Part shown: in pieces, positions 1 to 11,865 of the stretch
Numbering within the stretch: position 1 is the stretch's first letter
How the letters are laid out: the number at the start of each line of letters is the position of its first letter
Assembly: GCA_025201805.1 (NCBI GenBank)
Contig: MU619395.1
Location: 5,002-59,703 of the forward strand
Reading direction: 5' to 3'
Source of the DNA: Parasitella parasitica NRRL 2501
Lineage: Eukaryota; Fungi; Mucoromycota
Length of the DNA: 54,702 bases
Made by a program: the position numbers and the translations under genes
The notes under the pieces: model-generated
The model's database searches: none
What the model was told of the DNA's origin: nothing
The model's input: the letters and a program-made list of their open reading frames with translations, nothing else

Positions 1-1105
1 CAGCTGTCATCTTCCTGGTATCCAATACAAAGCCGAGGTGTTCTAGTTGTTGGGTTGGAGTCAGCACTGACTTCTTGAAGTTGACTAGCCAGCCTAGTTG
101 TTGGAGAAGGGAGACTACCATTTGGGATTGTTGAAGCGCCAATTCCTTGCTGTCTGCGACTAAGAGCCAGTCGTCCAAATAGGCTGAAATTCTGATGCCT
201 TGAGATCGCAAGTGTTCTAAGATGGGCCTGCATACTTTGGTGAAGACATAGGGACTCGAGGCTAAGCCAAAGGCGATGGTACGGTATTGGTAAATTTTGC
301 CATTCCATTTCAGGCGTAAATTGCGTCTCGATTCCGAATGGAGGCCTATATGTAGAAATGCATCTGACAAGTCGATTGAGACTAGGTAATCGTTTTGATG
401 AACCATCAGTGATACTTCCCGTAACGTGTCCATTTTGAAGTGAGGAGCATGAAGATACTGGTTGAGTCGCTTGAGATTGAAGACTGGGCGTATGCCCCCA
501 TCTTTCTTGGGGATAACGAACATGGAGCTGTAGAAGCCTGGTGTTTGTTGGGCTTCCTCTAGAGAAACCACTTCGATTGCTTGTTTGTCTAAGAGATCTT
601 GGATTGTCTGATCGATCAAAGGTACTTGATCTTGAGATAATGGGTGAATGAATGTTGGGGTTAACGTTGTTGGTGGTGCGGTGTGAAATTGAATCTTGTA
701 GCCGTGCTGTATTGTGGTGTCGACGAATGAGTTGATGAAAATTTTTGTCCAATTTGAATAGTACCTGCTGAGCCGACCTCCTACTGGGTTGGTGGTTGTT
801 GCTGAGTGAGTATTGGTGTTGTTACTGGCGAAAGGGGTTGGTGTTCTTCTTGTTGTTGTAGTGGCTATTGTTGTTGTTGCTGTTGTTGGTGCGAAAGTGG
901 TAGTTGTTGTTGCTGTTGCTGTTGTTGTTGTTGGTGCTGAAGTTGCTGTTGTTGCTGTTGCTGGTGTTGTTGTTGCTGAAACCACCCTGCTGAGAGGGTG
1001 GACCTGGCCGAAAAAACTGCTGACTAGGACCATTCGAGAAAGAGTTGGAGACAGTAGAATTGCCATTTTGAAAACGACGGTGCTGACGTTTGTTGATGGT
1101 TGCAT
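1..1105 (-). CDS. Reverse transcriptase (pol) ORF of the DIRS element, 3'-truncated by the window edge
   Basis: Manual translation of an open frame from ATG 1105 to position 1: PVGGRLSRYYSNW...GFYSSMFVIPKKDGGIRPVFNLKRLN...SIDLSDAFLHI...IAFGLASSPYVFTK...ISAYLDDWLL (YLDD at 170-181)...HLGFVLDT. Absent from the ORF track because it has no stop in the window. Confidence 0.93.
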   Translation of the reverse strand, partial: MQPSTNVSTVVFKMAILLSPTLSRMVLVSSFFGQVHPLSRVVSATTTPATATTATSAPTTTTATATTTTTFAPTTATTTIATTTTRRTPTPFASNNTNTHSATTTNPVGGRLSRYYSNWTKIFINSFVDTTIQHGYKIQFHTAPPTTLTPTFIHPLSQDQVPLIDQTIQDLLDKQAIEVVSLEEAQQTPGFYSSMFVIPKKDGGIRPVFNLKRLNQYLHAPHFKMDTLREVSLMVHQNDYLVSIDLSDAFLHIGLHSESRRNLRLKWNGKIYQYRTIAFGLASSPYVFTKVCRPILEHLRSQGIRISAYLDDWLLVADSKELALQQSQMVVSLLQQLGWLVNFKKSVLTPTQQLEHLGFVLDTRKMTA

Positions 1106-1770
1106 CGCGAGTAGCCTTACGTGCTGCCGTCTGCTGAATTAAAGTGTTCTGAAATTCATCTAGAGGAAGTGTATAGTTAACCTCGTTCTCTGGTTTTAAG
1201 GAGAAAGAAGGTTTGATTGCACGAAGAGCGATATTATTGCGAACATGCGTAATAGAAGAACCCACATGCAATAAAAGCTTACAAACATCCCGAAGCATTG
1301 TACAATAACGTTCCAAGTTAGGATTACCTGATTCCGATGAGACAAGTTCATGGCAGAGGATGTCAAGGGGACGGTAAACAGCGGATAGTGAGTATTGAAA
1401 CTGTTTGAGTGAGTTGTCTTCCATACGTTGTCCTCTATTCATCATTTTTTCAGCGGAAGGAATAGTAGCCGGAGCCTTGTAGTCCAGATGGGCCATAGGT
1501 GGGTAGGATTCAATAATGGTCTTGCGTTCCGAATCCGAGAGAGGAGCCGTAGTGTGTAAGGGTGTGTCGAAATTCATCAATTCGGTTAAACCTTCCGAAG
1601 GAGACCAGTCGTAATGGGGTCGAGTTCCCATAGAATGGAGCGGTAAAGTATTAGCAGTGTCATCCGCTGACTGCATAGGTGTGTTAGTAGTAGCATTATT
1701 ATGGAGCTGTTCCTGAAGGGCAGCCATTTGTTGCTAGCATCATGTGGATTTGTTCTTCGAGGGAGGACAT
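822..1770 (-). CDS. Gag-like ORF1 of the DIRS element, with a probable 1-nt frameshift near 1730
   Basis: 301-aa ORF 822-1727 with an Asn-rich C-terminus overlapping pol in the +1 frame. An upstream ATG at 1770 (MSSLEEQIHMMLA) lies 43 nt (14 codons + 1) from the ATG at 1727. Confidence 0.75.
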
Positions 1771-1989
1771 TGAAGCTTGGATTGATGAAAAATTGTTTTG
1801 TAAGTTTGACAGAAATGTGTGAATTGAGCTGGTAATGACCGAGCGAAAAAGAAGATTAATAGTATATTGATTAGATTTCTTTCCTTTATATATCTTTGAA
1901 TTCGCTACGAAATAAAACTTAAAGAAGATTCCAGCACAATAACATTTCCTATTTTGTTCTGACGGTCTCAAGAAATTCTTTCGAGAAAT

Positions 1990-3240
1990 TTCTTTCGACC
2001 TAGAATGAAGCCATTCAAAAGGGTAAAAATCAATTCCATTTTTCGAAATTTTCTCTCTCAGAAATTGGTATTTTTTGACCAAACAAAAGCCTTTCCGTAG
2101 CTATGTTGTAGCTTTATTTTTGTGTTGCTATATCATGTATCCTTATATACCATTTATTGCTCAGTAAGTTACGAAAATAAATTCAGCCCCTGCTAAAAAT
2201 ATATGAAAAAATATTTTTTGGACATATCTATGTAAAAACTAATAAATCTAGTAGAGAATCAGGTTTCAAAAAGATTTTAATAATCACTCAAGCCAAAGTC
2301 TCATAGTAGTTTTTTGAGAAACAGGGGAACAAAGTTTAACCTAAAAAGACAAAATTGGCCCAAGCTTGTTGAATTCGAGCTTAAATACGACATATTTATT
2401 ACCAGCAGATGTAACAAAACGTGCTTTATTACTTTACTTAGGAGCTCGAGCATAATTTAATTGTACGATGATTTGGTACTTGATATAGGAACATATGCTG
2501 TAAAATTTGAAAAATTTGCAAAATTTGGTTATGGCAATATCTCGACAGCAAGGATAGATATCGAGAATCGAAAGACGTAGTGATGTACAGTTATTATACC
2601 AGTAATTGGATGTATAATTGGCTTGGACCCCAAATCCTTACCTGATAATGACCCTGAAGGTCGACCCAAAGTTGAAAACTGAAAATCGAATACGAGGTTT
2701 GGGGTCCAAACAGAGCCAAATATGAAAAAAGAGGTAATCAGTGGATGAGACTTGGGTATGTTGTAGAATGGTGCAAAAGAACAAGATTTTGTCTCGAGGT
2801 TGTGTGTCTATTGCTTAATAGTTTGCAAAGATTGTTATATCAATAACATGGCAAAGTCTCACATCAGGATCTCAGATCAGTCCCAGGGTCTTACAGTAAA
2901 TCATGGGTAGTCATGATTTACATTATGCAGCTAGACAGTAGAACCCTAGTGTAATGAATGTGTATATAATACATCGAGAGATGTATTATGAATAAAGGTG
3001 TAATTCTTTGGCAGATTTATTTTATCAGACTTTTGACATAACAAAGATATTAGAGATTGGAAATATGATGCTTTTAAGCGGAGAAAAAGGTGATATTTCA
3101 GATTTGCTAATATTTATTTCATCCAAAAATGAAGGTATATAAACATGGTTTTTTTGAGATCGTATTATACAGTATCTCAGCTATCGATTCATACCAAGAA
3201 ATGACCAGATTGCTTATGAAGTTCAAGTTTTGCTCCTCAA
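1990..3240. repeat. Copy 1 of a ~1.5 kb tandem non-coding repeat
   Basis: Long collinear matches to 4355-5752, e.g. agccattcaaaagggtaaaa, catctagtagagaatc-like block, atatctcgacagcaa, ttataccagtaattggatgtata, ttggaccccaaatccttacctga, gttgtagaatggtgcaaaa, accagattgctta. Confidence 0.9.
2833..3043 (+). mobile_element. Solo LTR-like insertion (211 bp)
   Basis: Ends TGTTATATCAA...TTGACATAACA (10/11 inverted match). TSD AAGAT at 2828-2832 and 3044-3048. Internal TATATAA and AATAAA. Absent from repeat copy 2 (empty site near 5610). Confidence 0.85.
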
Positions 3241-3476
3241 TTGAGAATAAGAGGTGGACTCATTTATAGCAACAAAATAGGCTGTAAATTGAATCCCAGC
3301 GGTCTGTTTCCATTTGGTCCAAACCAGATTCGAAGTTTTTTTTTGCATAGTTCATTGCTAGGTATCTCAAGGAAGTAATAGGTATATCGGATATGCGTTC
3401 TAAGTGTTTTATAACAAAAAATAAATTCTGCATCCAACCATATAAGTTACAAGGCTATACAAATACATTTTCTTAT

Positions 3477-4134
3477 TGTAATGAAATGGCACCTATTATA
3501 TAGCACCACAATTACATTAAAATAAAATCCAGATGGATCATGGCTGATCCATCCAAGAAAGAAATACATGAAAAGCACAAGTAAACATTAACAAGTGTTG
3601 GTAGAGGCTTGCACTCCTGATCAAAGTACAATCTCCTACAACCCTGGCACATGCTAATGTTGAACAACGCTACTCATAATTACAAATAAACAAATTCTAA
3701 ACATGTATAAACAATGCAATTGTTAAAACAATTGCAATAATTCTAGATGCCAGAAATGGCTTGTTTATTACACAATAAGGAAAGCTCAGTCGCATTAGAA
3801 ATAATCAGGATCCTCAAATATGACAATCCTGCCCAAAACCATAGTATCAATTTCAATACCAACATATCGAAATCCATATCGAAATCTCAACTACAATACA
3901 AGTGAGAGAATGTCAACAAAAGTCATTCTTCAAATAAGCTGTAAAATAAGCATTCTCACTGTAGCGAGGCAATTTTACAAGTAGTATAAATACAAGCTCT
4001 CTTAAAGATCATGTATCTTTTCTTCAGTTTTCTTTTAATCGAAAATAAAGGTGGAAAGACTATAATTGTATTTCTCTGGCTTTATTTTTTTACTTTTTTT
4101 ATTTTCACATAAAATTGATCCCAATTTTATTGCA
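3477..4134 (+). mobile_element. Solo LTR (658 bp)
   Basis: Ends TGTAAT...ATTGCA. TSD CTTAT at 3472-3476 and 4135-4139. GTATAAATA box near 3985. Confidence 0.75.
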
Positions 4135-4354
4135 CTTATCACCAATTTTCAAATATTCTAAAAACGCCCTTTTTGATAGTTTTTGAGTATTATCAGGCAT
4201 ATTTTGAACGCATTCAGCTTTATAGAGTTGACCAAACAAACCATCATGTCAACACCTACACGTCAATATCTTGTTCATGACTGTAGCTTTATTATTTCTG
4301 CCAAAAATTAAAATTTTGTCTCGACCAAAACTAATCGACATTTTTTCGTCCCTA

Positions 4355-5752
4355 GACTTACAGGGCCAAAATGGAGCCATTCAAAAGGGTAAAAACCCAT
4401 ACTGTTTTTCGCCATTATCTCGTTCAAAAATTGACATTTTTTAACCACACATAAACCATTCCGTAGCTATTTTGTATGTTGGATCAAAAAGATAATAAAA
4501 AAAACCAAAGGTTAACGAGATACGAAAACTAAAGATACTTTATTTAAGGTCGAAATTGCATCTGCTATTTATACTTTTTACAACTACATAAATTTATGGT
4601 GACTTATTTAGATTACTAATTGACAAGACTAATTCACAGTGACAATCTACTTGACAGGGTACGATATGAGGTTATACAGCAAGGGCTACACGTCTTTGAT
4701 CTGACAGAGCCTTAACCTTTATCCTGGTGCTCAGATCTGTGTTACTTACAGGAATAACCTTCTTGATTTGAAACAGAGACTTTATTCTCCAATTTACACA
4801 TGCGTATCACACATCACATCATTGGACAATCTTCAATCTTCAATTGAAGTACATTGCCATGATCTCCTATCTATAATAATTATGGCAGATCATTGTAGCT
4901 CTATGTTTTTGTTGCTATATCATGTATCTTCAAATACTTTCTTTTGCTTTAAAAGTTATAAAAATAAATCAAGCCTCTGCTAAAAACATATGAAAAATAT
5001 TTCTTTCGATATTTCTACCTAAAAACTTATACATCTAGTAGAGAATCAAGTTTCAAAAAGATTTTAATAATAACTCAAGCCAAAGTGTCTTAATAGTTTG
5101 TTGAGAAACAGGCTGACCAAGTTTACCGTAAAAAGACAAAATTGGCTGAAGCTTGTCGAGTTCGAGCTTGAATACGACATGTTTAATACCAGTAGGTGTG
5201 CCAAACCGTGCTTTATTACTTTACTTAGAAACTTGAACATGATTTAATTGCAAAATCTTATACTTGTTATAAAAACATGTGCTGTAAAATCTGCAAAATC
5301 TGCAAAATATAGTTTTGGTAATATCTCGACAGCAAAGATAGATATCGAGAATCGGAAGACGTGGCGAGGTACAGTTATTATACCAGTAATTGGATGTATA
5401 CTTGGCTTGGACCCCAAATCCTTACCTGAAAATGACCCTGAAGGTTGACCCAAAGTTGAAAACTGAAATTCGAATATGAGGTTTGGGGTCCAAACATAGC
5501 AAAATTTGAAAAATGGTCAGAGATGCATGAAAATCGGATACGTTGTAGAATGGTGCAAAAAAAGAAGATTTCGGCTGAAGGTTTTGTCCCTATTGCTTAA
5601 TAGTTTGTAAAGATATCAGAGATTGCATTATAGGCCTTTAAGCGGCGGGGAAAACAGTGATATTTATGATCAAGTGTTATTACAACATCGTGGCTATTAA
5701 TTTATATCAAGGCATAACCAGATTGCTTAGAAAGTTCATGTTTCGCTCCTCA
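4355..5752. repeat. Copy 2 of the ~1.5 kb tandem non-coding repeat
   Basis: Collinear with 1990-3240 once the solo LTR insertions are removed. Confidence 0.9.
4477..4892 (-). mobile_element. Solo LTR (416 bp), same family as 50946-51377
   Basis: Ends TGTTGGATC...GGCAGATCA. TSD TTGTA at 4472-4476 and 4893-4897. Empty site in repeat copy 1 (gctatgTTGTAgct, ~2107). TATAAATA followed by AATAAA on the minus strand. Confidence 0.9.
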
Positions 5753-6149
5753 AAGAATCAGCACTATCTAATAAAAAGTAACTCTGAAGTGAAAAGTCGA
5801 TATCTATAGTACTATCAATAGGGGAAAACCATAATTTTCATATTTAAATTGCATTTAACGCTATAGGCTTTGATAAAGACTAAAGTTTTGGCTAAAACCT
5901 GAGCAAGCATTATTTGATTTCCCTTGGAAGAAATGTATGGCAAAAGTTATGAGTAACGACAGGTCTTCATCTGCATAATAATTTATATTAATAACATTTT
6001 ATAAACGAAATGAGTCAGCGGTATTGTTATGAGTTTGGGGAATTTCGAAATATTTGTTGCGAACTTGGATTTCAAATCAGCTATGCTGCTTTAAATATTA
6101 GCATCAGCCAATACTTTTGGCAACAAAATCCCGTTTTCTTTCTCACGCA

Positions 6150-6761
6150 ATGCACCAAGAAGAGCAACCGTCTCACCCAGGCCTTTTCAAGGTTTTACGT
6201 CAAGGAGATGCCACTTCTTTTAGTAACAAACTTGTTGCTGAGCGAGATTTCCGAAAGGGAACAACTATTGCAGATTTGGCATGCTTGACGCCTGGACCGA
6301 AAAGATATTCTTCTGTACAGATTTCAGCAACTGAACATGTGGAACTGAACAGTGATTTACTGTATCTAAACCATTCTTGTGATCCATCCACTTACCTGGA
6401 TATAGCAAAAAAATCAATTGTTGCTCTGAAAGATATCGAAAAAGGAGATGAGCTCACATTCTTTTATCCCTCCACTGAGTGGGATATGGGTAAGCTACTT
6501 TAGTCCATCTTTATGTCGTAGTTTTTCCTTATTATTTCGAATACGTATAGCTCAAGCTTTCAATTGTTGGTGTGGGGCTGTCAAGGTATTCAAAATTCCC
6601 AAACCACCATATCTTAACCTAACATAAAACATCTCCTTTTTTTTTAGTGCGTCGGTAAAGTCAATGGAGCCAGACATATATCTGCAAGGATCCTTGAGCA
6701 ATTTACACTAAGTGAGCATGTGAGAAAGCTTTTAAGGAAGCGAGATTCTGAAGAACATTGA
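6150..6761 (+). CDS. Small SET/post-SET domain protein (putative lysine methyltransferase), 3 exons
   Basis: LNHSCDPS and ALKDIEKGDELTFFYPSTEWDM motifs. Post-SET FNCWCGAVKCVG is assembled across introns 6490-6550 and 6586-6647. Stop TGA at 6759-6761. Confidence 0.88.
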
Positions 6762-6887
6762 TGAAATAAGATAGATATCATTTGTGCCGTTAATATCGAT
6801 ATAAAAACGAATTCCGTTTAAATGGAGATGTTCTCTTTATTATTACAATGTATAGACATGCAACTTCTAACCTGCTTTCGTGTTCCT

Positions 6888-7936
6888 CTAGAATATCTTG
6901 TTGGCAAGATCGCTGCCAACTAAAATTGAGAAAAAGTGTGGGCATCAGTATGGATGTCAAGCTAATTTGAATTTCATCAAAGATACTTACGAGTGGCGCC
7001 AAAACCCCAAGTAGCAGCATTAGCGACCTGCCCTCCTAAGGCTGCTAATTTACCCTTTTTATGTGGTTCTTCGACGGCAGCAGGTGCAGAAGATGTGCTA
7101 GCCACTTGTTGGACAGGAGGAGGGGCGTAGTTACTTACTTGGTTTTGAGCTGGGGGAGGAGCGTAAGAGTTGTTTTGCGCAAAAGGAGGAGCATAGTTGT
7201 TTTGTTGTGGTGGTGCGTAGCCACCGCTTTGCGTTTGCTGAGGAGCAGGGTTATAAGAGCTGGGAGGAGGATAATTGTATGACTCTTGCTTTGGTGGCAC
7301 AGGTGAATAGTTGTAACTATTATGCTGCTGATTACGAGCAGGTGTGGTAGGAGGACTAGGTCTTTTTTCAGAAAGAGAAGATCTATTTTTTTTTGAGATG
7401 TTACGTTATGACACGCTTCAACTTTCCTTATCAGTTACTTACTCTAATTTCTTGACATAATTACGAGGAAATATGCCTGATTTACCATTCGATGTACCCT
7501 TCCACCAGTCATCATTAATTAATTCTGTCAACTGGATAACATCACCACGACGAAGTGTCAAATCGCTTGGATTCTCTCCATTGTAGTCGTAAAGTGCCTC
7601 GGCATTACCGAGCTTATTTTCCATTGATGGAGCATTATAGGGTGGGGGAGACATAGTAGTAGCAGCAGCAGCAGCAGGAGCAGGAGCAGGAGTAGGAGCA
7701 AGTGGGGAAGCCGTATTGGATAGAGGAGATGGCATTGCACCGGTAAATGAAGGTGCAGGGAATCCCATGGAAGGAGAAGTTACATCACGACGACCACCGT
7801 TACTACTTACATCATTGGGGAGCAATCTTAATATATCATCATAGGCTTGTGGTTGAATGTAATGATGTGATTTGAGCAGGTCCAATTCGTTTCGAATCGA
7901 AGTGAGAATATGTTTAGCAAAGGCTGACTCTGACAT
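6888..7936 (-). CDS. SH3-domain protein, LSB1/PIN3-like, 3 exons
   Basis: SH3 (AEALYDYNG...DDWWKGTSNGKSGIFPRNYV), P/Q/Y-rich linker with YAPPP repeats, and C-terminal ANAATWGFGATLGSDLANKIF* assembled across an intron, resembling the Lsb1/Pin3 tail. Confidence 0.8.
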
Positions 7937-8695
7937 TTTTCTTTTCTTTGCAATTTGGAAAGAAAGAGAAAAGAAAATAAAGAAACCAAACATTATTTAT
8001 AAATAAGCTGCATTCAAAAATAACCTTGTTGTGGCATTGTCGGGCCGATTTTTCCTACCATTTGCCAAGATTTCATTGTTTTTTCTGATTTCTACAGCCC
8101 AACTAGGATAAACCTTTCTTCAAGCTGGCTTTGGTATTCAAGTCATTGGTGTACACATTATAAATGGACCTATCAACCAAGTCATCTGGCGATACCTGGT
8201 TTAGGAGCAACACTTCTATGGAGTTTATTGCATATTTGGTGCTTACAATTCAAATACAAAAGCAAACGGCCCACAGAAAATTTAGAGCTAGTACCAATGA
8301 CTGCAATTCACCTGCAAATGGATTTATTTTTCAGCTACAGTCAGGTAGCATGGATGGAGAATGATAATAATAATGCTGCAACAGTGTTAGCACTATTACA
8401 ATAGCAAAGAAACACATTTTGCAAATGGTAATAGTTCAAATAGTACTGGTATTCACTTTTATTGGAGGTAAGCGTCTCAATTGATCGGTTTGCTGATTCC
8501 TCATGTGCACAGGAGCACTTTGAGCACAGCCGCTTTCATGTAGGACAAAGCTGTAGCCGTGCTTGAATACCTAGTAAGGCAGAAAAAAACTGACTCAAAA
8601 CCATTTGTATGTGTATCCTTGAGTTTTAAAAGAACTAACACTTCTTTTTCCTCTCTTTCTACTCAACTACTTTAACTTTTTGCTCAAAGACGAAA

Positions 8696-11600
8696 ATGCA
8701 TTTGTATGAATTAAATGTATGAGTGTATCAATTGAATTTACACTTACCTAAACTTGTTATAGATACGTAAAGCACGCCACTCTTATTAATAACTGCTATC
8801 CCGAAAAAGAAGGTGAAAAAAGACCTCGTTCCTCTGAACTTAGTTATCTGGTTTTTTATGCTAGTTCTCGACCTGTAAAGCTGACAAAAGTAGGCTTATT
8901 CTTGGAAAAGAAAGCCGAACGGGATGTCGCCAAAGGTAGAAAGCAGTAAGTAAAATGGTTAATGACACCAAAAAATCCGTACCTTATTTTCCCTTAGGAA
9001 TAATCAAGTAACCTTGGAAATCGTCAAAGCATTGATCGTAGATTGCAATCGTGATCTCAACTTATTTTCTAAATATGTTGTTAAGATTATTGACATGATG
9101 TTGGAAACAAACGATATTGAAGTGATTGATCTTGCTTGTCAAGTGGTAAAACAAATTGTATTATTTTCAAGGAGAGGGTTGTTAGCTAACTTGTCTTCCC
9201 AGTTTGTAATATTCACCAATCATCACGATGGATCAACCTTGGGTGTAGATGCAGAATTGACAAACGATTATGAACGGCTATTGAAGAGATTTGCAGCGTT
9301 TTGCTCGGACGAAAATGCCGACGATACCTTGAAATTGCAGTATGGTGGTTTATGTGATGAGCACAATTATACATATATTTTAACAACTTGTTGCAGAACT
9401 AGATATATTGGTCAAAGAGGATTGCAAGCTGCTGTTCACTCTAGCGCTTTACAAGCTTCCGACTTCAAAGTTCAATTGAGACTTATCTTATCGCCTCTAA
9501 TTCATGCATTATCTAATTCCAAAAATCCGGCGAATGCTTTGGCTCAGAGGTAAGCATAATATACAAGGTTCAGCGTACATGGCGGTTGGCTTATATCATG
9601 AGTAGCAACAACGATGAGATTGATATTAATCAGTCAGCTATTGGACATGAAACATTGAATGCTCATTCAGTAGAGATCACTGCAGCAAAAACAACAGCCC
9701 TGTTATTCAGTAAAGCGAATGGGGTTGCTGTAAAGCTGTCTCTTGAACCGTTATTCAAGTAATTGAACGGAACTACAGCGTGTAAATCAATACTTAAAAA
9801 AGTCCTTTCATAGATTCACGGATGACAATGAGAAATGGTGGCCAGCTAACTTTGCCATTTCCATGATGGAACTAGCACTTGATTCACTCCAGCCTCAATA
9901 TCGCTATTTACTTGTATCCGAAATTCTTCAACAATTAGAAACCGTTAAATCAGCAACCAAAACAGATAAATACAATATCGAAAAGCATGCATCTCTTGTT
10001 TCTATTTTAGATACCATTTTAAACGCTAATATACCGCTTGTTGGCATTTCGGTATTGGAAGTGTTGAATTCGCTATTTACAGATCTAATTAAATCAGTGC
10101 AAGACTTCAAAACATTCAGGGACAATGAACCTTCCTCAACTGATGATATACAAGGAGCATTAGAGTATGCGATTCAACAAGGATTAGCACACAGTATTGG
10201 AGGTTTAGCATCACAGACGTATTATTTGAATCAATTGAACGATATAACTGGTTATATTATTTCTACATTGAGAGTGGGCAATAATTCAATTGAGACTATT
10301 GAAGGATTGCCCGTCAAGGAATATCGCAATGTTGCTCTCAAGTGTTTGGATTTGATAACCACTGCTTCGTCTACAAAAGAATCACAAAAGGAGGATACTG
10401 AAAGTAACGACGAGAATACGCCCATTTATAACCACGCTATCACATTGGATGCTTGGATTCCTGCGTTGGGTTTATTGACTGAAAAGACATCATCAGAGAC
10501 AAGAGTTGGTTTTGCGGTTACGCTTGTTCATTGCTTGGAAGCTACTTCGGAAAACGAGATTGCGATAGAGTAAGTACCACTTGCAGCAGCTATATATGCA
10601 TTAAAATTCTGACAGTTTGCTTTTATGATTAGGCCATACCCAAAGGTACTGCTTTACTACAATCTATTTTGAGCTAACCATAGTTATTAAAATCTATTTG
10701 TCTCTTGCATATAGCATACGTTGAATCAACATGGCGATGTAATGTTGGTCAATGCTTTACATCAATCTATTCTGGACTGGATACAGTTGCCAACTATTGA
10801 TGTACATGATATTGGTGCCATTCATATGGTATTGTCATCGCTGACTCGCAAGTTCGGTGTTGATGAAACTATCAAAGCCGTGCCGCTCGTGTTTAAGATC
10901 CAGGATTTAGTAAAGCAGACGCTGATCCTACACACTGCTCGTCAAAGAGCAGCAGCAGCCATTGTTGTTGAATGGCTCTCCATGGTAGGCGAGTTTTACC
11001 GTATCGACAGTCTGATTCAATACGCAGATACCCTGAAGAACGAGCGCATCAAGCTAAACGAATATTCCTCATTGTTTTTGGAGACTCCTGCTAAGGATAG
11101 TGTTGACAAGTTGGAAGACCTGGAGCCCAATAACACAACACCCGTCGACAAATTTGCAGATAGGAATTTGGTTGTCCAGATGCTGTCCAAGGATGGTCCA
11201 TTGCGAGACGAGGATGACACAGAAGGAATCGATCTGGAGACAAAACTGATGATAGAATGGGGATCTGACGACTATGTCAATCATGATCGCTCCTACAGGA
11301 TTAGGACTTCTCGCAATTTGAACGATTTGAAGGCTAAATTGGCTACTCCTTGGACACACATCGAAGTCACCGTAAGTTTGGTTGTCTTTATATATAAGCA
11401 TCGTGCTCAATCATTGTTTTATTATAGCGCAATGAGCCAGGAAAGAAGCAAACTATTCGAGTAGAGAACCTCAAAGATGCTTTGATAGGTCAAACACAAC
11501 CACAGCAAAGTAATGCTAATGGAATACAGTTCTTGACAAATACCTGTCTTGCAAAAAGGCCTAACGAAACTGTTTCTGACATGAGTTCTCTGCTCCAGTC

Positions 11601-11718
11601 TCTATCGTTAGACACTGATGTATCAAAGTAGGTTCACAATATAACAAATCTTGATTGCATACAACTAATCATCGATTTCATCAGTACTACCTCTTTAGTA
11701 AATCCTCCTTACAAATAA
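8696..11718 (+). CDS. EFR3: EFR3 plasma-membrane PI4-kinase scaffold homologue, multi-exon
   Basis: N-terminal KHATLINNCYP...SSELSYLVFYASSRPVKLTKVGLFLEKK motif characteristic of EFR3. ORFs 9014, 9863 and 10721 join through short GT-AG introns. Confidence 0.88.
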
Positions 11719-11865
11719 ATGTAATGTTCCTAATAAAGCGTATGCAGCTAATCATATAATAATGCGCTGCAATAAACGATTTTAAGATGAAAAATTCATC
11801 AAACAGAATATGCATTAAAAGTAAGATTTTATTTGATATGATAAAATATGGGAAAATAGTTGTGA

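Larger units (their letters stand above)
1..1920 (-). mobile_element. DIRS-type (tyrosine-recombinase class) retrotransposon, 5' part; continues off the left edge
   Basis: Overlapping gag and RT ORFs on the minus strand. PVGGRL motif precedes the RT, as is typical of DIRS1-like elements. TATA-like TATATAAA near 1885-1892 (minus). The 5' boundary at ~1920 is approximate. The YR ORF is not in the window. Confidence 0.8.

Noticed and set aside
813-1142. 109-aa Val/Ala-rich plus-strand ORF as a membrane protein
   Set aside because: It is the antisense shadow of the AAC-rich gag/pol overlap.
1699-2082. 127-aa minus-strand ORF as a gene
   Set aside because: It runs from repeat DNA across the DIRS leader; only its last ~24 codons relate to the gag start.
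1990-5752. Repeats as a CRISPR array or a defined centromere core
   Set aside because: The context is eukaryotic, there is no short repeat-spacer periodicity, and I could not identify a centromeric motif or flanking full-length LINEs.
8100-8600. Possible ncRNA or coding relic between the SH3 gene and EFR3
   Set aside because: No tRNA cloverleaf, C/D boxes or protein motif were recognised.
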